DNA of 64,000 nt from Octopus sinensis (GCF_006345805.1 NC_043006.1:46004001-46068000); one strand, 5' to 3'. Positions 24,718-38,087 are shown, counted from the stretch's first letter. Program-made: numbers and translations. Notes: a model not told the origin generated them from the sequence alone.

Positions 24718-25080
24718 TAGGCATATTATGGCAGAATGAGTGGGAAAAAATTCACGCTTCCCAGCTGCGAAATTTAATCCCAGTGCGTAGCATTTTTGAT
24801 TAATGTTCATTTTCTGTAGCCTCGGCTCGATCAGATCTTGTGAGCGAACCTGGAGTACACAGAAATTGTAAGGAAACCAGAAGGGTGTATTCAACGTATT
24901 TGAAAGGCCCTACCTTACTACATACTGTATCACGTTAATTCTTCCTCAGAATATTGCTAGAGATACATGTACTCATGGAATGCTCAGCCACTTAGACGTT
25001 AATTCAGAGATAGGTAATTCAGTTGATCGAACGCCTGAACCTTCGTCGACGATTACCGAAGATCCACAACCGTAGATTAG
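24718..25080 (+). mobile_element. Old SINE with family-A-like head and a different tail
   Basis: Remnants CCTCGGCTCGATC..CTTGTGAG; tail GCTCAGCCACTTAGACGTTAATT; heavily diverged. Confidence 0.4.
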
Positions 25081-25936
25081 AAAGGTAAACATTTGATAAC
25101 AACAGCTCTGTTTCCTTCAAACGTCGATTGTTAGTATCTTGCACCTGATAATGTTCATTGCACTTACACGTTTGAGAAGTTATTTTAACAATTACATGCA
25201 GATAATCAACTGAGACGTTCCGCTCATACTGACAACTGTTGAAATTGCAATTTAGAGGAAATGTACCAATATATTTATAATTCGACAGAAATGACTTTCA
25301 GGCTAGTTATCATGCCAAAACAATCAGAAAAGTTTCTTGCAGCAAGGTGCCATCAACGTTAGATATTACCCCGGGCAATAATATATTACAAAAGATTACA
25401 ACAGCCTTTGACCCAGAAAATACGGTTGATCTGTTAAAGATCGTAACTAGTGGAAACAACTCCAAACCCTGAAGCTACATTTCATTTAACTGAGTAAAGA
25501 GATAGATAAAGAGAGAGAGAGAGAAAGAGAGGGGGAGGGAGGGGAGGAGAGAGATGCTTTCATGCAATGTTAGAAGAATGTTCAAGATAAAGTAGCAACT
25601 TTTGGCACACGTAATATAATCGATTGAGAAACTGGAAGATAACCTCTAAATCCATTATCAGCTGATGCTAGCGTGAAATATTCACGTTATACTATTTCCT
25701 CATTTAGAAATATCCGGATGGTTCTAAACTGAAATGACTTGAAAATGTTGTTTATCGAAAACTTTAAATCGAACAGGTTCGATCAATTTTATGCTGAATT
25801 AAACTATTAGATTATTTATAGTAACATAATTCTCACAGATAAACAGATAATCGTAAGGATATTAACATCTTCTAGAAATCAACTGTCTAAATATTTATAT
25901 ATATATATATACATATGCGTGTGTGTGTGTGTGTGT

Positions 25937-26387
25937 ATAGAGGTGTGGTTGTGTGGTAAGAATCTTGCTTCACAATCATACGGTTTCGGGGTCAGTCTCA
26001 CTGCGTGGCACTTTGGCCAAGTGTATTCAACTATAACCTCGGGACGACCAAAGACTTATGAGTGAATTTGGTAGACAGAAACTGAAAGGAATGTGTCGTA
26101 TGTATGTGTATGTATGTATGTATGTATGTATGTATGTATGTATGTATGTATGTATGTACGTATATGTATGTATATATGTAAATATACATAAATATTTATG
26201 TGTTGTGTCTGTGTTTGCCCTCCCACCCAACGCTTGACAACCGATGTCGGTGTGTTTGAGCTCCCGTAATTTAACGGTTCGGCCAAATTGACCGATAGTA
26301 TAAGTACTAGATTTACAAAGAAAATCTTTAAGGCAGTGCTCCAGCATAGCCGCAGTCAAATGACTGAAGCAAGTATATGAAAGAATA
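25937..26387 (+). mobile_element. SINE family A
   Basis: Head, core and tail present; middle is (TATG)n. Confidence 0.9.
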
Positions 26388-26528
26388 CATGCATATGAGT
26401 GTGTGTGTATGTCGTTATTCAGTTTTATTTCAAGATTTCTTGCCAATAGAGAAAGAACCGGTTTTTAACCTAGATCCAAGGTTCCTTCATTGAGAATTTC
26501 AATATCAACAACAAGGTATTTTTGTTTG

Positions 26529-26562
<34 letters not shown>

Positions 26563-26801
26563 TGTATGTATGTATGTATGGATGGATGGATGGATGGATG
26601 AATGGATGGGGATGGATGGATGGATGGATATGTATAGCCTTTAGGTTTGTTTGCAAAAACATTTTTGAAGGTGCATACAAATGTTTCTATTCTATTATGC
26701 AGGCCACAGCCTAATGATGCTAACTGGCATCAGCAGTTTTTTTTAGGGTTGCACCAAGCTGTGCCGATATAATGTAGGATAAATATAATAATAATAACAA
26801 T

Positions 26802-26834
<33 letters not shown>

Positions 26835-26985
26835 AATGATAATAATAATGATAATAATAATCCCGGGATGGAATATATAAATATTTTAATGCGTTGCTAC
26901 GCGCGTTTTTGTGGAAGTTTGCGTAGCGAAACATTAAAACATTTATAAATTCCATTCATGGATCGTTGTGAATGTGTGTGTGTGT

Positions 26986-27051
<66 letters not shown>

Positions 27052-27148
27052 TGTGTGTGTGCGTGTATCAGGTTTGTCTATCAGGTTGAATAATAAGTAG
27101 ACATAAAGAATTTATACCGAAATTTTGCAGCTTTTAAAAATGTTTTGA

Positions 27149-27545
27149 AGGAGTGGCTGTGTGGTAAGTAGCTTGTTTACCAACCACATGGTTCCGGGTT
27201 CAGTCCCACTGCGTGGCACCTTGGGCAAGTGTCTTCTACTATAGCCTCGGGCCGACCAATGCCTTGTGAGTGGATTTGGTAGACGGAAACTGAAAGAAGC
27301 CCGTCGTATATATGTATATATATGCGTGTGTGTGTTTGTGTGTCTGTGTTTGTCCCCCTAGCATTGCTTGACAACCGATGCTGGTGTGTTTATGTCCCCG
27401 TTACTTAGCGGTTCGGCAAAAGAAACCGATAGAATAAGTACTGGGCTTACACAAGAATAAGTCCCGGTGTCGAGTTGCTCGATTAAAGGTGGTGCTCCAG
27501 CATGGCCGCAGTCAAATGACTGAAACAAGTAAAAGAGTAAAGAGT
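27149..27545 (+). mobile_element. SINE family A, near consensus, inside the mariner 5' region
   Basis: Complete head, core, microsatellite and tail. Confidence 0.95.
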
Positions 27546-27639
27546 TCTTTTGTAATTGAGTGAATATATAGGCATAGACTTGCCTAAATGCATAAGTAAA
27601 TTAACATTGATATTTTTTTTTCAGCGTTATTACAATCAT

Positions 27640-28624
27640 CAGAAAGGGAGCTGTCACAGCGCGATTTTCGAGCAATTTTGTTATTCAACTTCAAAACTGT
27701 TCGCGATATCAACGAAACATTTGGATAGAAAGTGACCGGTTTAAACGATTTCGCAGTTGAGACCTGAACCTTGAATATCGTCAGCATACTGGACGCCCAT
27801 CTATCATCGATGACGGTGAATTAAAGACCGTCTTTGAGAAAGACCCACATAAATCCACTCGAGAAGTGGCAAAAGAACTTCAAGTTAGCCAGAAAACTGC
27901 CTGCAACCATTTGCATGCGATCGGAAAATTAAAAAAGATGGACAAACGGGTACCAGACGATTTGAATGAAAATCAGAAAATGCTCGTTGCTCCTTCTCCG
28001 TAACTAGACCGATCCATTTCTCGACTGCATTGTAACTTGCCATGAAATGTGGATTCTGTACAATAATGAAAAACGTTCTGCGCAATGGTTGGACCAAAAT
28101 GAAGCACCGACGACCTTCCCTAAACCCTAACGCTTCACAAAGAAAGTTGTGGTGACTGTTTGGTAGTGTTCTGCTGGATTTCTTAAAACCCAGAAAAACC
28201 ATTACTTTTTATAACCTGGAAAAACCATTACTGCAGAAACATATTGCCATGGAATTGCCAAAATGAACGAAAACTGCCACCCCGCCGTCCCAGACTGATC
28301 AACAGAAGAGGTTCTATCATTCTTCATGACAATATTCGACCACACATTTCACTAATGATGGTCCAGAAGTTGAGGGAACTTGGCTACGAAATTCTTCTCC
28401 ACCCATCTTATCCCCCAGACCTTTTTTCTATCGCCTATCACTTTTTGAAGCACCTTGATGGTTTCCTGCGAGAGAAGGAGTTCACAAATCAGATCGATGC
28501 TGAAAGTGTGTTCAAAGAGTTCATCAGCTCAAGAATTTCAGATTTATATGTTACCGTAATAAACAAACTTGTAACTCGTTGGCAAAAATGTGTTGATTGT
28601 AGTGACACTTACTTAGAAGAATAA
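27640..28624 (+). pseudogene. Mariner transposase pseudogene
   Basis: Frameshifts and stops; ORF 28244-28624 covers the catalytic C-terminal part. Confidence 0.9.
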
Positions 28625-28711
28625 CATTTCCGCATTGTTGAAATATATTGTGATGAATTTCATATTTCAAATGTTGCTTACTTTTTACTCATCCTGATAT
28701 ATATATATGTA

Positions 28712-28893
28712 TAGGTGCAGGAGTGGCTGTGTAGTAAGAAGCTTGCTTCCCAACCATATGGTCCCGGGTTCAGTCCCACTACCCAGCTACCTTGGGCAGA
28801 TGTCTTCTACTATAGCCTCGGTCCGACCAAAGCCTTGTGAGTGGATTTGGTAGACGGAAACTGAAAGAAGCCCGTCGCATATGTGTGTATATA

Positions 28894-28927
<34 letters not shown>

Positions 28928-29066
28928 CATGTATGTATGCATGTATGTATGTATGTATATATATAGTCTTACAAAGAATAAGTCCTTGGGTCAATTTGTT
29001 CGACCAAAGGTGGTGCTCCAGGATTACCGCAGTCAAATGATTGAAACAAGTAAAAAAATAAAAGAA

Positions 29067-29067
<1 letters not shown>
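28712..29067 (+). mobile_element. SINE family A with internal deletion
   Basis: Head and core, (TATG)n, then jumps to CTTACAAAGAATAAGTCC tail. Confidence 0.9.
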
Positions 29068-29120
<53 letters not shown>

Positions 29121-29388
29121 ATATGTATATATGTATATATGTATGTGTGTGTATGTGTATATATATTATGTATGTATATATGTGTGTGTACGTGTATATT
29201 TATGTATATGCATATATATGTATATATATATATATAATATAAAATAAATATAAGAGAGTGGTCACTATATGGCTCACTCTAGCACCAGTTAATCCAAAAG
29301 GTTTCAACCACAAAAATACATGTTTCCCATGAAAGTCAGTACGATTGTTAGCTCACACGGACAGGGCAAATAAAAAATAACAAAAATA

Positions 29389-29484
29389 CAGATTATTTTG
29401 GGACAATTGTTTCGCTATTAATGAATTAAATGTAATTTTACTTACAAAAAAATCCACTTGTAGCTCGTCAGCCAAAACTATCTG
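29389..29484 (-). ncRNA. Type-I hammerhead ribozyme, intact core
   Basis: Exact reverse complement of 29980-30075. Confidence 0.88.
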
Positions 29485-29979
29485 GATGAAATCCACTCAA
29501 TCACACGCCAGATTTTACCATAACGATAAATACGCGTGTGGTTCAATTGATTACATCCGACGTTATAATTCAAATGCCCCAACTAACAGCGCGCCAAACT
29601 TTCACGGAAAACAAATACAGCATTAGAAATAAATGCAGCATAATTATAATTAATTAATAAGGGTGAGAGAATTAGATACTAATTTAATAGTATATCTATT
29701 CAACACCAAGTGGCCTAGTGCTCCGAGAAACCTGGATTATTATAATATTTTATAATATATTACAATATTTTTACAAAATAAATATAAGAGAGTGGTCACT
29801 ATATGGCTCACTCTAGCACCAGTTAATCCAAAAGGTTTCAACCACAAAAATACATGTTTCCCATGAAAGTCAGTACGATTGTTAGCTCACACGGACAGGG
29901 CAAATAAAAAATAACAATTGAACCACACGCGTATTTATCGTTATGGTAAAATCTGGCGTGTGATTGAGTGGATTTCATC

Positions 29980-30075
29980 CAGATAGTTTTGGCTGACGAG
30001 CTACAAGTGGATTTTTTTGTAAGTAAAATTACATTTAATTCATTAATAGCGAAACAATTGTCCCAAAATAATCTG
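29980..30075 (+). ncRNA. Type-I hammerhead ribozyme, intact core, predicted cleavage after C30062
   Basis: CAGATAGTTTTGG-CTGACGA-GCTA..43 nt..TAGC-GAAA-CAATTG-T-C-CCAAAATAATCTG; stem I 12 of 13 paired; palindromic ACAATTGT stem III; GUC triplet. Confidence 0.88.
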
Positions 30076-31768
30076 TATTTTTGTTATTTTTTATTTGCCC
30101 TGTCCGTGTGAGCTAACAATCGTACTGACTTTCATGGGAAACATGTATTTTTGTGGTTGAAACCTTTTGGATTAACTGGTGCTAGAGTGAGCCATATAGT
30201 GACCACTCTCTTATATTTATTTTGTAAAAATATTGTAATATATTATAAAATATTATAATAATCCAGGTTTCTCGGAGCACTAGGCCACTTGGTGTTGAAT
30301 AGATATACTATTAAATTAGTATCTAATTCTCTCACCCTTATTAATTAATTATATATATATATATATATACGCGTGCGTGAATGTACGAGAGAGACAGAGT
30401 ACATGTGTACGCATATTATTTTATTACGCATTTTAAACGCGTATGGTGTTTTAGGCTCTGGCGTAGCTGTACTTAGAAACAAATATATTTCCATTAGAAA
30501 TATATTTAGAGAGAGAGAGAGAGAGAGAGAGAGCAATATATGTACAGTTTTATTTCCTCATCAATAACTGTTGCCTAATCGATCGCGTTAGCTTCAACGA
30601 AACACTTTTACCTTGTATGTTACGCCTTGCCAAATTCTGAAAAGGCAATGAAATTTTATTGGAGTACGCGTAACGTGTTGTATATTGTAAGAAATGATTG
30701 ACAACAACCATCATTCCGTTCTGGTCTAGATTGTTCCTGCTGGCAACATTCATTCTGTAAGATCCGTTTGATTTATTCTGAAGATTGCCTCATCGGTCAA
30801 GTGTCCTTTCCGTAGTATTGGGAAATAATATCCGGAGAATCACGACCTATGCTCTAACTGTTTGTATCTTAGAGAACGCATATGTTAAAGCGCTTCTAAC
30901 CTTTAAGTAACGGCAGCTTCGTATTCAGTATTATCGAAAACTGTAGCACGATGTTCGGACAATTACAATTACTGTTCTGAAACCTTCTGAGTTGTGAGAA
31001 TTTTGGTATTAATATATAGCGTAGGGAAAGGGAAATTCTGTCAGAATAATATCAAAATAGTTCCCATCATTTCTGTCTATGAGACTGACAGCGATGGTTC
31101 TATTGTTGTTTGTCCCCGGGTCGGTTGCGAACCTAGCACACATACGTCCAAATGCATTCGAGCAACGTCAATACAATCTCTTTTTTCCAGACTATATTAA
31201 TGTATACTTCCTTTCTGAGATGGCATGGCGTCGTTTCAAGTAGATTCGACTGTTATTTCTCGCAACCAGGTCATGAGGTGTCGGAGACCCCTCAGGTTGA
31301 GATGTGACAGTTAATAATAATGGTAAAATATTTTATTGATTGTAATAATTTCAAAGAGATGGGGAAGCTGAAATACTGGTAAGCATTAGATTGATGGCAG
31401 AATGACATTCATTGAGAGAGTTAGAGAATGTTTAAGATTAAGGGTTTAATATTGAACCCTATAAGGAATAGCAAATGCAGCGTTATGAAGTATATTGCTA
31501 TAAATTACAGACCAGACTTGTTTATATCTCAATGAGTCACCATATGTTACCTTTCAGGTGTTTGAAGACTGCATGATAAGACATAATTTTCCCTATATTT
31601 TTTTCATTCTCATAACATATTATTTAATAAATATGTTCCCGCAGCGAGGCACTTTGAGCAAGTGTTTTCTATTACGCCGCGCCGATCGATGTTTTGCGTA
31701 TGAATGAGTTGCCACAGCTTTTGTAGAAAATGTGTGGTAAACCATCTTATATATAATATAGTGTGTGA

Positions 31769-31839
<71 letters not shown>

Positions 31840-31840
<1 letters not shown>

Positions 31841-32095
31841 GTTTCTTTATTGGCCACACAGGGCTGCACACAGATGGGACAAATTACAAGGTAGAGCTTT
31901 TCTTTTGGGGGATGAAAAAAAAACAAAAAACAAAAAAAACAAGAGAAACAAAAAAAGTGGCGTAGGTTTTCGATCAAAAGGGATCGTGAAAGGGGAAAAA
32001 AGGAGAAAAGAAGAAACAAAAACCAAGAAAAGGGAAAAAAGAAGAGAAAGAGCAAAAAAGGGGAAGAGAAAAAGAAAAAAAAAGATAGATAGATG
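31840..32095 (-). mobile_element. 5'-truncated 3'UTR fragment of the Tx1-like family
   Basis: TTTCTTTATTGGCCACACAGGGCTGCACAC..CAAATTACAAGGTAGAGCTTTTCTTTTG and CGATCAAAAGGGATCGT shared with 17311-17480; (GATA)n at 31771-31839 and GATAGATAGAT at ~32084. Confidence 0.9.
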
Positions 32096-32309
32096 TTCCT
32101 ATGTGTGTGTGCATTTTCAACAAGTAGTATAACACTTAGGAGAGTAAAGATATATCTTGTTTTTATCAGCTTGATAAATGGCAAATTGAATTAATATTTC
32201 GAGCAGGAAACTCTGAGTAGCTTAGATTTCACAAGGCTTTTTGTGGATTTAATAATAATACTAATACATATGTATGTAAGTATGTATGTACGTAAGTATG
32301 TATGCATGC

Positions 32310-32351
<42 letters not shown>

Positions 32352-32774
32352 GTGCGTGTGTGTGTGTGTATGTGTGTGTGTGTGAGTGTGTGCGTGTGTG
32401 TGTGTGTTCCTTTGCGTTTGTTCCTCAGCACCGCTTGACATCCTTTCAAGTTAGTACATTACTGAAACCAAGTAAACGATAAAAGCTACATACAACTGAA
32501 GCTTGCCTGATTTATTGACATGAAACCACTCACCATTGCAGTTCAAGATTTAGTCCACAGTCGTGCTCCTTTCCGTCTGCACAACCACCATTAACAGCCA
32601 ACTCGACACACACACACTTCTCCTGCTTTTCTTACCCATATCGCGTCCCTTCCCCGCATTGCTTAATCCTTTCTAAGAAAGCTAACCAGTGGATTTCTCT
32701 CCGACCCGTGTTCGCATCTCCTCGTCATTCGCAGATTTGCATCTGCAGGGTTAATATCAACTGCAATAATCTAA

Positions 32775-32811
<37 letters not shown>

Positions 32812-32815
<4 letters not shown>

Positions 32816-33205
32816 CGCAAGTGTGTTTGTGTGGTAAGTAGCTTGCTTCCAAACCACATGGTTCTGGGTTCAGTCCCACCGCGTGGCATGTTGGGCAAGT
32901 GTCTTCTACAATAGCCTGGAGCCGCCCAAAGCTTTGTGAGTGGATTTGGTAGACGGAAACTGAAAGAAGCTCGTCGAATATATATATTTTTTTGTGTGTG
33001 TGTCTGTGTCTGTGTCTGCGTTTGTTCCCTCGCCATCGCTTGACAGCCGATTTTGGTGTGTTTATGTCCCCGTAACTTAGTGGTTCAGCAAAAGTTTCTG
33101 ATAGAATAAGAACGAGGCTTACAAAGACTAAGTTCTAGGGTCGATTTGTTCGACTAAAAGTGCTGCTCCAGCTTGGCTGCAGTCAAATTGACTGAAACAT
33201 GTAAA
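32812..33205 (+). mobile_element. SINE family A
   Basis: Head, core, microsatellite, tail. Confidence 0.9.
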
Positions 33206-33277
33206 AGTGTGTGTGTGTGTTTCTGTGTTTCTGTGTGTCTATGTGTGTTTGTGTATGTGTGTGTGTGTGTGTGTGTG

Positions 33278-33310
<33 letters not shown>

Positions 33311-33716
33311 CGTGCTTATATATGTCGTAGTTTTCATTGACATCGTACCTTTGGCTACTGCATGTTTTTAAAAGTTGCGCAGTAAATATTTATATATATC
33401 ATTGATTGTATCATCGTAAGCAGAAATACTTAATAAAGCATGAAGTAGTCATGCGATACTTACTGCAAGCAATCATCTGTAGTTATCTGCATATTCCAAA
33501 ATAACAGAAAATGTAATAGTGTTTAGAACACCATTTATCGTCCGTATGAACAAGGTACTTCCTCGATATAGAGGATTTCGCCTGAAATGTAAATGCCTAG
33601 ATATAAAATCGCAGACTAAAAGAAAAAACATTCAAAACCAGCCTGCACCAAAACAATTATTCGTGTCACCCCCATCAACACCACCTGAGAAATGTTACAT
33701 CATTATTCAAGCATAT

Positions 33717-33938
33717 AAAGGCGGCGAGCTAACAAAATTGTTAGCATGTTGGACGAAAGGCTTAGCAGTATTTCGCCCGTCGCTACGTTCTGAGTTCAAA
33801 TTCCGCCAAGGTCGAACTTGCCTTTCATCCTTTTGGGGTTAATAAATTAAGTACCAGTCAAGTACTGGGGTTGATGTGATTGATTTACCCCCTCCCCATA
33901 AATTTCAGGCCTTGTGCCTATAGTAGAAAGGATTATTC
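33717..33938 (+). mobile_element. SINE family B (alternative tail)
   Basis: GGCGGCGAGCT head, central domain, GGCCTTGTGCCTATAGTAGAAAGGATT tail. Confidence 0.9.
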
Positions 33939-35028
33939 AAGCATATTTGCTAATCAAAAACTGCGAAAATGTATAAAAAAACTGCATAGGTGTTATATAT
34001 TGAGCGATAACATTTAGAAAGGAGCCAAAGTTTGGTTTTGTATTACAGAGATATCTTACATTATCCAACTCTTATCCAAGAAAAGTTCGAGTTTATGTCA
34101 AATTGCTGCCATATACAAAGTTCATATTGTTTTACAGTCAAACAGAAATATCTCCTGGTGCTTGTTAATAGAACATCGGCGTCGGGGATTAGATGCACTT
34201 TCAAAAAACATACAATTTGAAGTATTCTATCATTTCATTTTTCATAAGATGTGTCCATAATCAGGACGAGAAATGTGTGCTGTGAGAGATTATTTGGCTG
34301 ATATTTCTCTCCGATCGAGCGACGATATAGAAGCTCATTCGTTCTAACTTTCCTGGAAAATGTAATGTTTTGGATAAGTATTTTATAGCATCTGTTCTCT
34401 TTTTTTTTTTTATATCAAATCACATTAAGGCGGTTTTGCTTTTCTTATGTTCCAAATGCGATAAACTCATATATAATGGTATAGTGTGACCGATTTCACG
34501 CTGCCAATTTCCCAATATTCAAATACTAAAACTGGCCTTGTGCCTCGATTAGAAAGTAATACGCTATGTAATCAAAGGTCAACTAGAAAAGGAGATGACG
34601 TCACATAACCTGGGAATAGATTTGTTTCATTGAGGGATGGGCTAAAATAATCATTGTCTATCAACTATTTCAAGATTCGCTTCGTTTGAGTTCCTAACAA
34701 CGTTCCGACATCAATGTTTTCATTGACAGAGCTGATTTCACATGCCAGTGCTTTCAAATTAAAAATATGTCAGAATTGACAAGTAATTGGTCTGTTTATC
34801 TTAATTAAGGAATCTAATGCCATCTAGATATGCAGCATGACAGACATGGCGTCACAGTCACGATAACCTTGTTATCCCATTGCATTGCAACCTTCTTTTA
34901 TTCACACAGTCTTAAATATTGTTATTGTTTTCTTTCTGTTTTTGTCCTCCACTTTCAGTAAGATACTCTACTCTATTTGCCTCGGGATAAATGCTTATTT
35001 AAGAGATTACTATTACCATCATCATCAC

Positions 35029-35147
<119 letters not shown>

Positions 35148-35148
35148 T

Positions 35149-35375
35149 TGGGCGAGTTGGCAGAACCGTTATCACGCCGGACGAAATGCATATCGGTTTT
35201 TCGCCCGTCGCTACGTTCTGAGTTCAAATTCCGCCGAGGTCGACTTTACTTTTCATCCTTTCGGGGTCGATAAATTAAGTCCGAGCTGAGTACTGGGGTC
35301 GATGTCATCGACTATCCCCCCGCCCTAAACAACAAGCCTTGTGCCTATAGTAGAAAGGATTATTATTGTATTATT

Positions 35376-35412
<37 letters not shown>

Positions 35413-35885
35413 TTGTTGTTGTTGTTGTTGTTGGGCGAATTGGCAGAATCGTTACCGCAACGAAAATTCCTTTGAGTTCAACTTAACTTTTCATCTTTCC
35501 ATCAAAATAAACACCAGTCAAGTACTGAGCTTGGTCTAATCGACTATACCGCTTCTCCTAAAGTTCCTGGCCTTGTCCCAGAATTTAAAACCATTTTCAG
35601 AATGGCAAAAGTTAGGGCGATGGAAAAATGCAATGCTTTTTTATGTTCTGCTTTTTGAAGTTCTTCGTTCAAATCCCGCCGAGGTCAGCTTTGCTTTTCT
35701 TCCCTCCAGGATCCATAAAATAAAGTACCATTCAATTGTTGGAACTTATTTAAATGACTGAACCCATCCACAAAGGTTTCCTATTTTGTGTCATTATTTA
35801 TTTATATATTAAGGCGGCGAGCAGGCAAGACCGTTAGCACGCCGAACGAAATGCTTAGCGGTATTTCGTCTGCCACTACGTTCAA
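35149..35885 (+). mobile_element. Cluster of four co-oriented SINE family B copies or fragments (35149-35362, 35433-35600, 35620-35795, 35811-35885)
   Basis: Repeated GGCGAGTTGGCAGAA heads and central-domain remnants separated by (ATT)/(GTT) arrays. Confidence 0.75.
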
Positions 35886-36319
35886 ATTCTCTTCATTCAA
35901 ATTTTATGCTGCATCTAATTTGCTATACCATCGGGGTTCTCTTTAAGTTTCACGTTTTTTATATAGGACTTATTTGTTGCGAAGACATTTAAGGCATTAA
36001 ATGATTGTCTAAAATGCGTTGTGTCAATTACTGAATCAAATGTACCTGTCATGTACTTACGCGTCTACTTTGCTCCATCATTTTCGAGTTGTGTGAGTGA
36101 ATTTCTGAGCACTGGTATAATTAAAGGTGGTTTTTACCTCCCATTTCACTGATTATTATGGGTACATTGTATAAACAAAATATTAATTATAATTTAAAGA
36201 AACAGAGATAACATTCGACACCTATAGCCTATCAGTTCAGAAGTTTATTAATGTTCGTTTATATAAGTAAGTTTACCAATCATTGACGGGGCGTGTCAGG
36301 CTTGTCACGACTTCACCAT

Positions 36320-36430
36320 ATTACGCACTTTTGCTAGCTAAGTGGACGAGAGCAACTACAAATGAAGTGTTATTCAGGAATCGAAACCACGATTTTACTA
36401 ACTTGAATGCAAAACTCTAACCATTGATCC
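36320..36430 (-). mobile_element. Degraded SINE family E fragment
   Basis: GGAATCGAAACCACGA..CTCTAACCATTG resembles 49840-49900. Confidence 0.4.
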
Positions 36431-36486
36431 ACACACCTCTACACAGAATCTTATTATTATTATCATTATTATTATTATTATTATTA

Positions 36487-36531
<45 letters not shown>

Positions 36532-36592
36532 GTCGTTGTTGTTGTTGTTGTTATTACTATTATTATTATTATTATCATTATTATTATTATTA

Positions 36593-36627
<35 letters not shown>

Positions 36628-36705
36628 TATTATTATTATTATTATTATATTATTATTATTATTGTCGTTGTTGTTGTTGTTGTTATTACTATTATTATTA
36701 TTATA

Positions 36706-36739
<34 letters not shown>

Positions 36740-36776
36740 ATTATTATTACTATTATTTTATTATTATTATATTATT

Positions 36777-37358
36777 GAGTGAGAGAGCAGTTCATGCCAT
36801 CAAAGTGACACTGGGGTAAAATATACGAAGCCCAATATACCCATCATGACTACCCGTCTGATAAGGGTACACCAGGCACATGCATCACAACCGTATGTGC
36901 GCGACATGGTGATCTCATATCAAGATAAACAGCACATGACCTTGCAGGTGGGGCCCAGTTAGAATTTTGTTCTGGTCGAGTAACCCATCCCGTTCAAAAG
37001 GTCCCTGAATAAGAGTTGTTTAAGGATGTTGAACGGAATATCCATGTTTCCAGAGGTGAATCATTCAAACCCCAAAGAATCCCTCTCAACACATGGCTAT
37101 GATGCTCCCCCACTACTTCTGCTCATGATCAGAGATACACATATCATCAGCTACTAAGGGATATGCTCAACTGGTAAAAGTTAAGCTACTGACAAACAAA
37201 TCTGTGGTATTGAGCAGAATATTTGCTGTAGCCCATCTTTTATACCAAGACAAAGCAATGTACATGATAACACTTCCTATCAGTTAAGATCAGAAGCCAC
37301 GAGAGCCACTGTCTGGTACTGCATCAGGGCAAGCCACTGCCTGGTACTGCATCAGGGC

Positions 37359-37359
<1 letters not shown>
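36777..37359 (-). mobile_element. Family C non-coding repeat in (ATT)n
   Basis: Reverse complement of 4328-4877; 28-nt terminal tandem duplication (37305-37332, 37333-37360); ATT arrays at 36445-36776 and 37361-37400. Confidence 0.85.
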
Positions 37360-37400
<41 letters not shown>

Positions 37401-37659
37401 GGTTAATTTAATAGACACAAATCTTTCCGATTTCTATTTCCAGAGCTTTTAGACTTAATTTGGCCAGATATCGCTCATAGATTATATATATATATTTCCT
37501 TTTCAGCATTAGCTTATAATACTTAAATTTTTCGCTATAATCCTCTTTTCAATCTGAGTAGATATGTCTCAGAGTTTGGTTGTTTTCTTTTCGTCATATA
37601 ACTGGATTAGTGCTTGCTTATAGTTCTTGTTATTGTCATTTATTATGAGAAACGGTCTA

Positions 37660-37876
37660 AAGGCGGTGAGCTGGCAGAATATTTAGCACGCCGGACAAAA
37701 TTCTTAACGTTATTTAGTCCGTCTTTATGTTTTGAGTTCAAATTCCACCGATGTTGACTTTGCCTTTCGTCCTTTCGGGACCAATAAAATAAGTTGCTGT
37801 TGACCACTGGGATTGGGGTAATCGACCGGCCCTGACCCCGAAATTTCAAGCTTCGTACATATATTAGGAAGGATTA
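37660..37876 (+). mobile_element. SINE family B
   Basis: GGCGGTGAGCTGGCAGAA head and central domain. Confidence 0.85.
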
Positions 37877-37888
37877 TGAGAAAGTGAC

Positions 37889-38053
37889 TAGGCGCAGGCG
37901 AGGCTGTTGTGGTAAGTAGCATGCCTACCAACCACATCGTTCGTGGTTCAGTCCCACTACGTGGCACCCTGGGCAAGTGTTTTCTACTATAGCCTCGGAC
38001 CAACCAAAGCCTTGTGACTGGATTTGGAAGACGGAAACTGAAAGAAGCCCGTC

Positions 38054-38087
<34 letters not shown>

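Larger units (their letters stand above)
27081..28697 (+). mobile_element. Decayed mariner transposon with TIRs and a nested SINE
   Basis: TA|TCAGGTTGAATAATAAGTAG left and TTACTTTTTACTCATCCTGA|TA right; peptides GRPS, RVPDDL (WVPHEL-like), IVTCHEMW, LHDNIRPH, HPSYPPDL, RWQKCV. Confidence 0.92.
29241..30353. mobile_element. Young non-coding Penelope-like/retrozyme-like element with direct and inverted arms, in (TA)n
   Basis: Direct repeat period 534 nt (AAGAGAGTGG at 29252 and 29786); 29241-29549 is the reverse complement of 29915-30223; 29645-29917 of 30081-30353; two hammerheads. Confidence 0.85.

Noticed and set aside
29241-29917. LTR retrotransposon or CRISPR-like array
   Set aside because: No TG..CA ends, PBS or PPT, and no short repeat-spacer periodicity
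34570-34603. CAAAGGTCA half-site next to a TGACGTCA (CRE) palindrome
   Set aside because: One 8-mer is expected by chance in 64 kb; no supporting context
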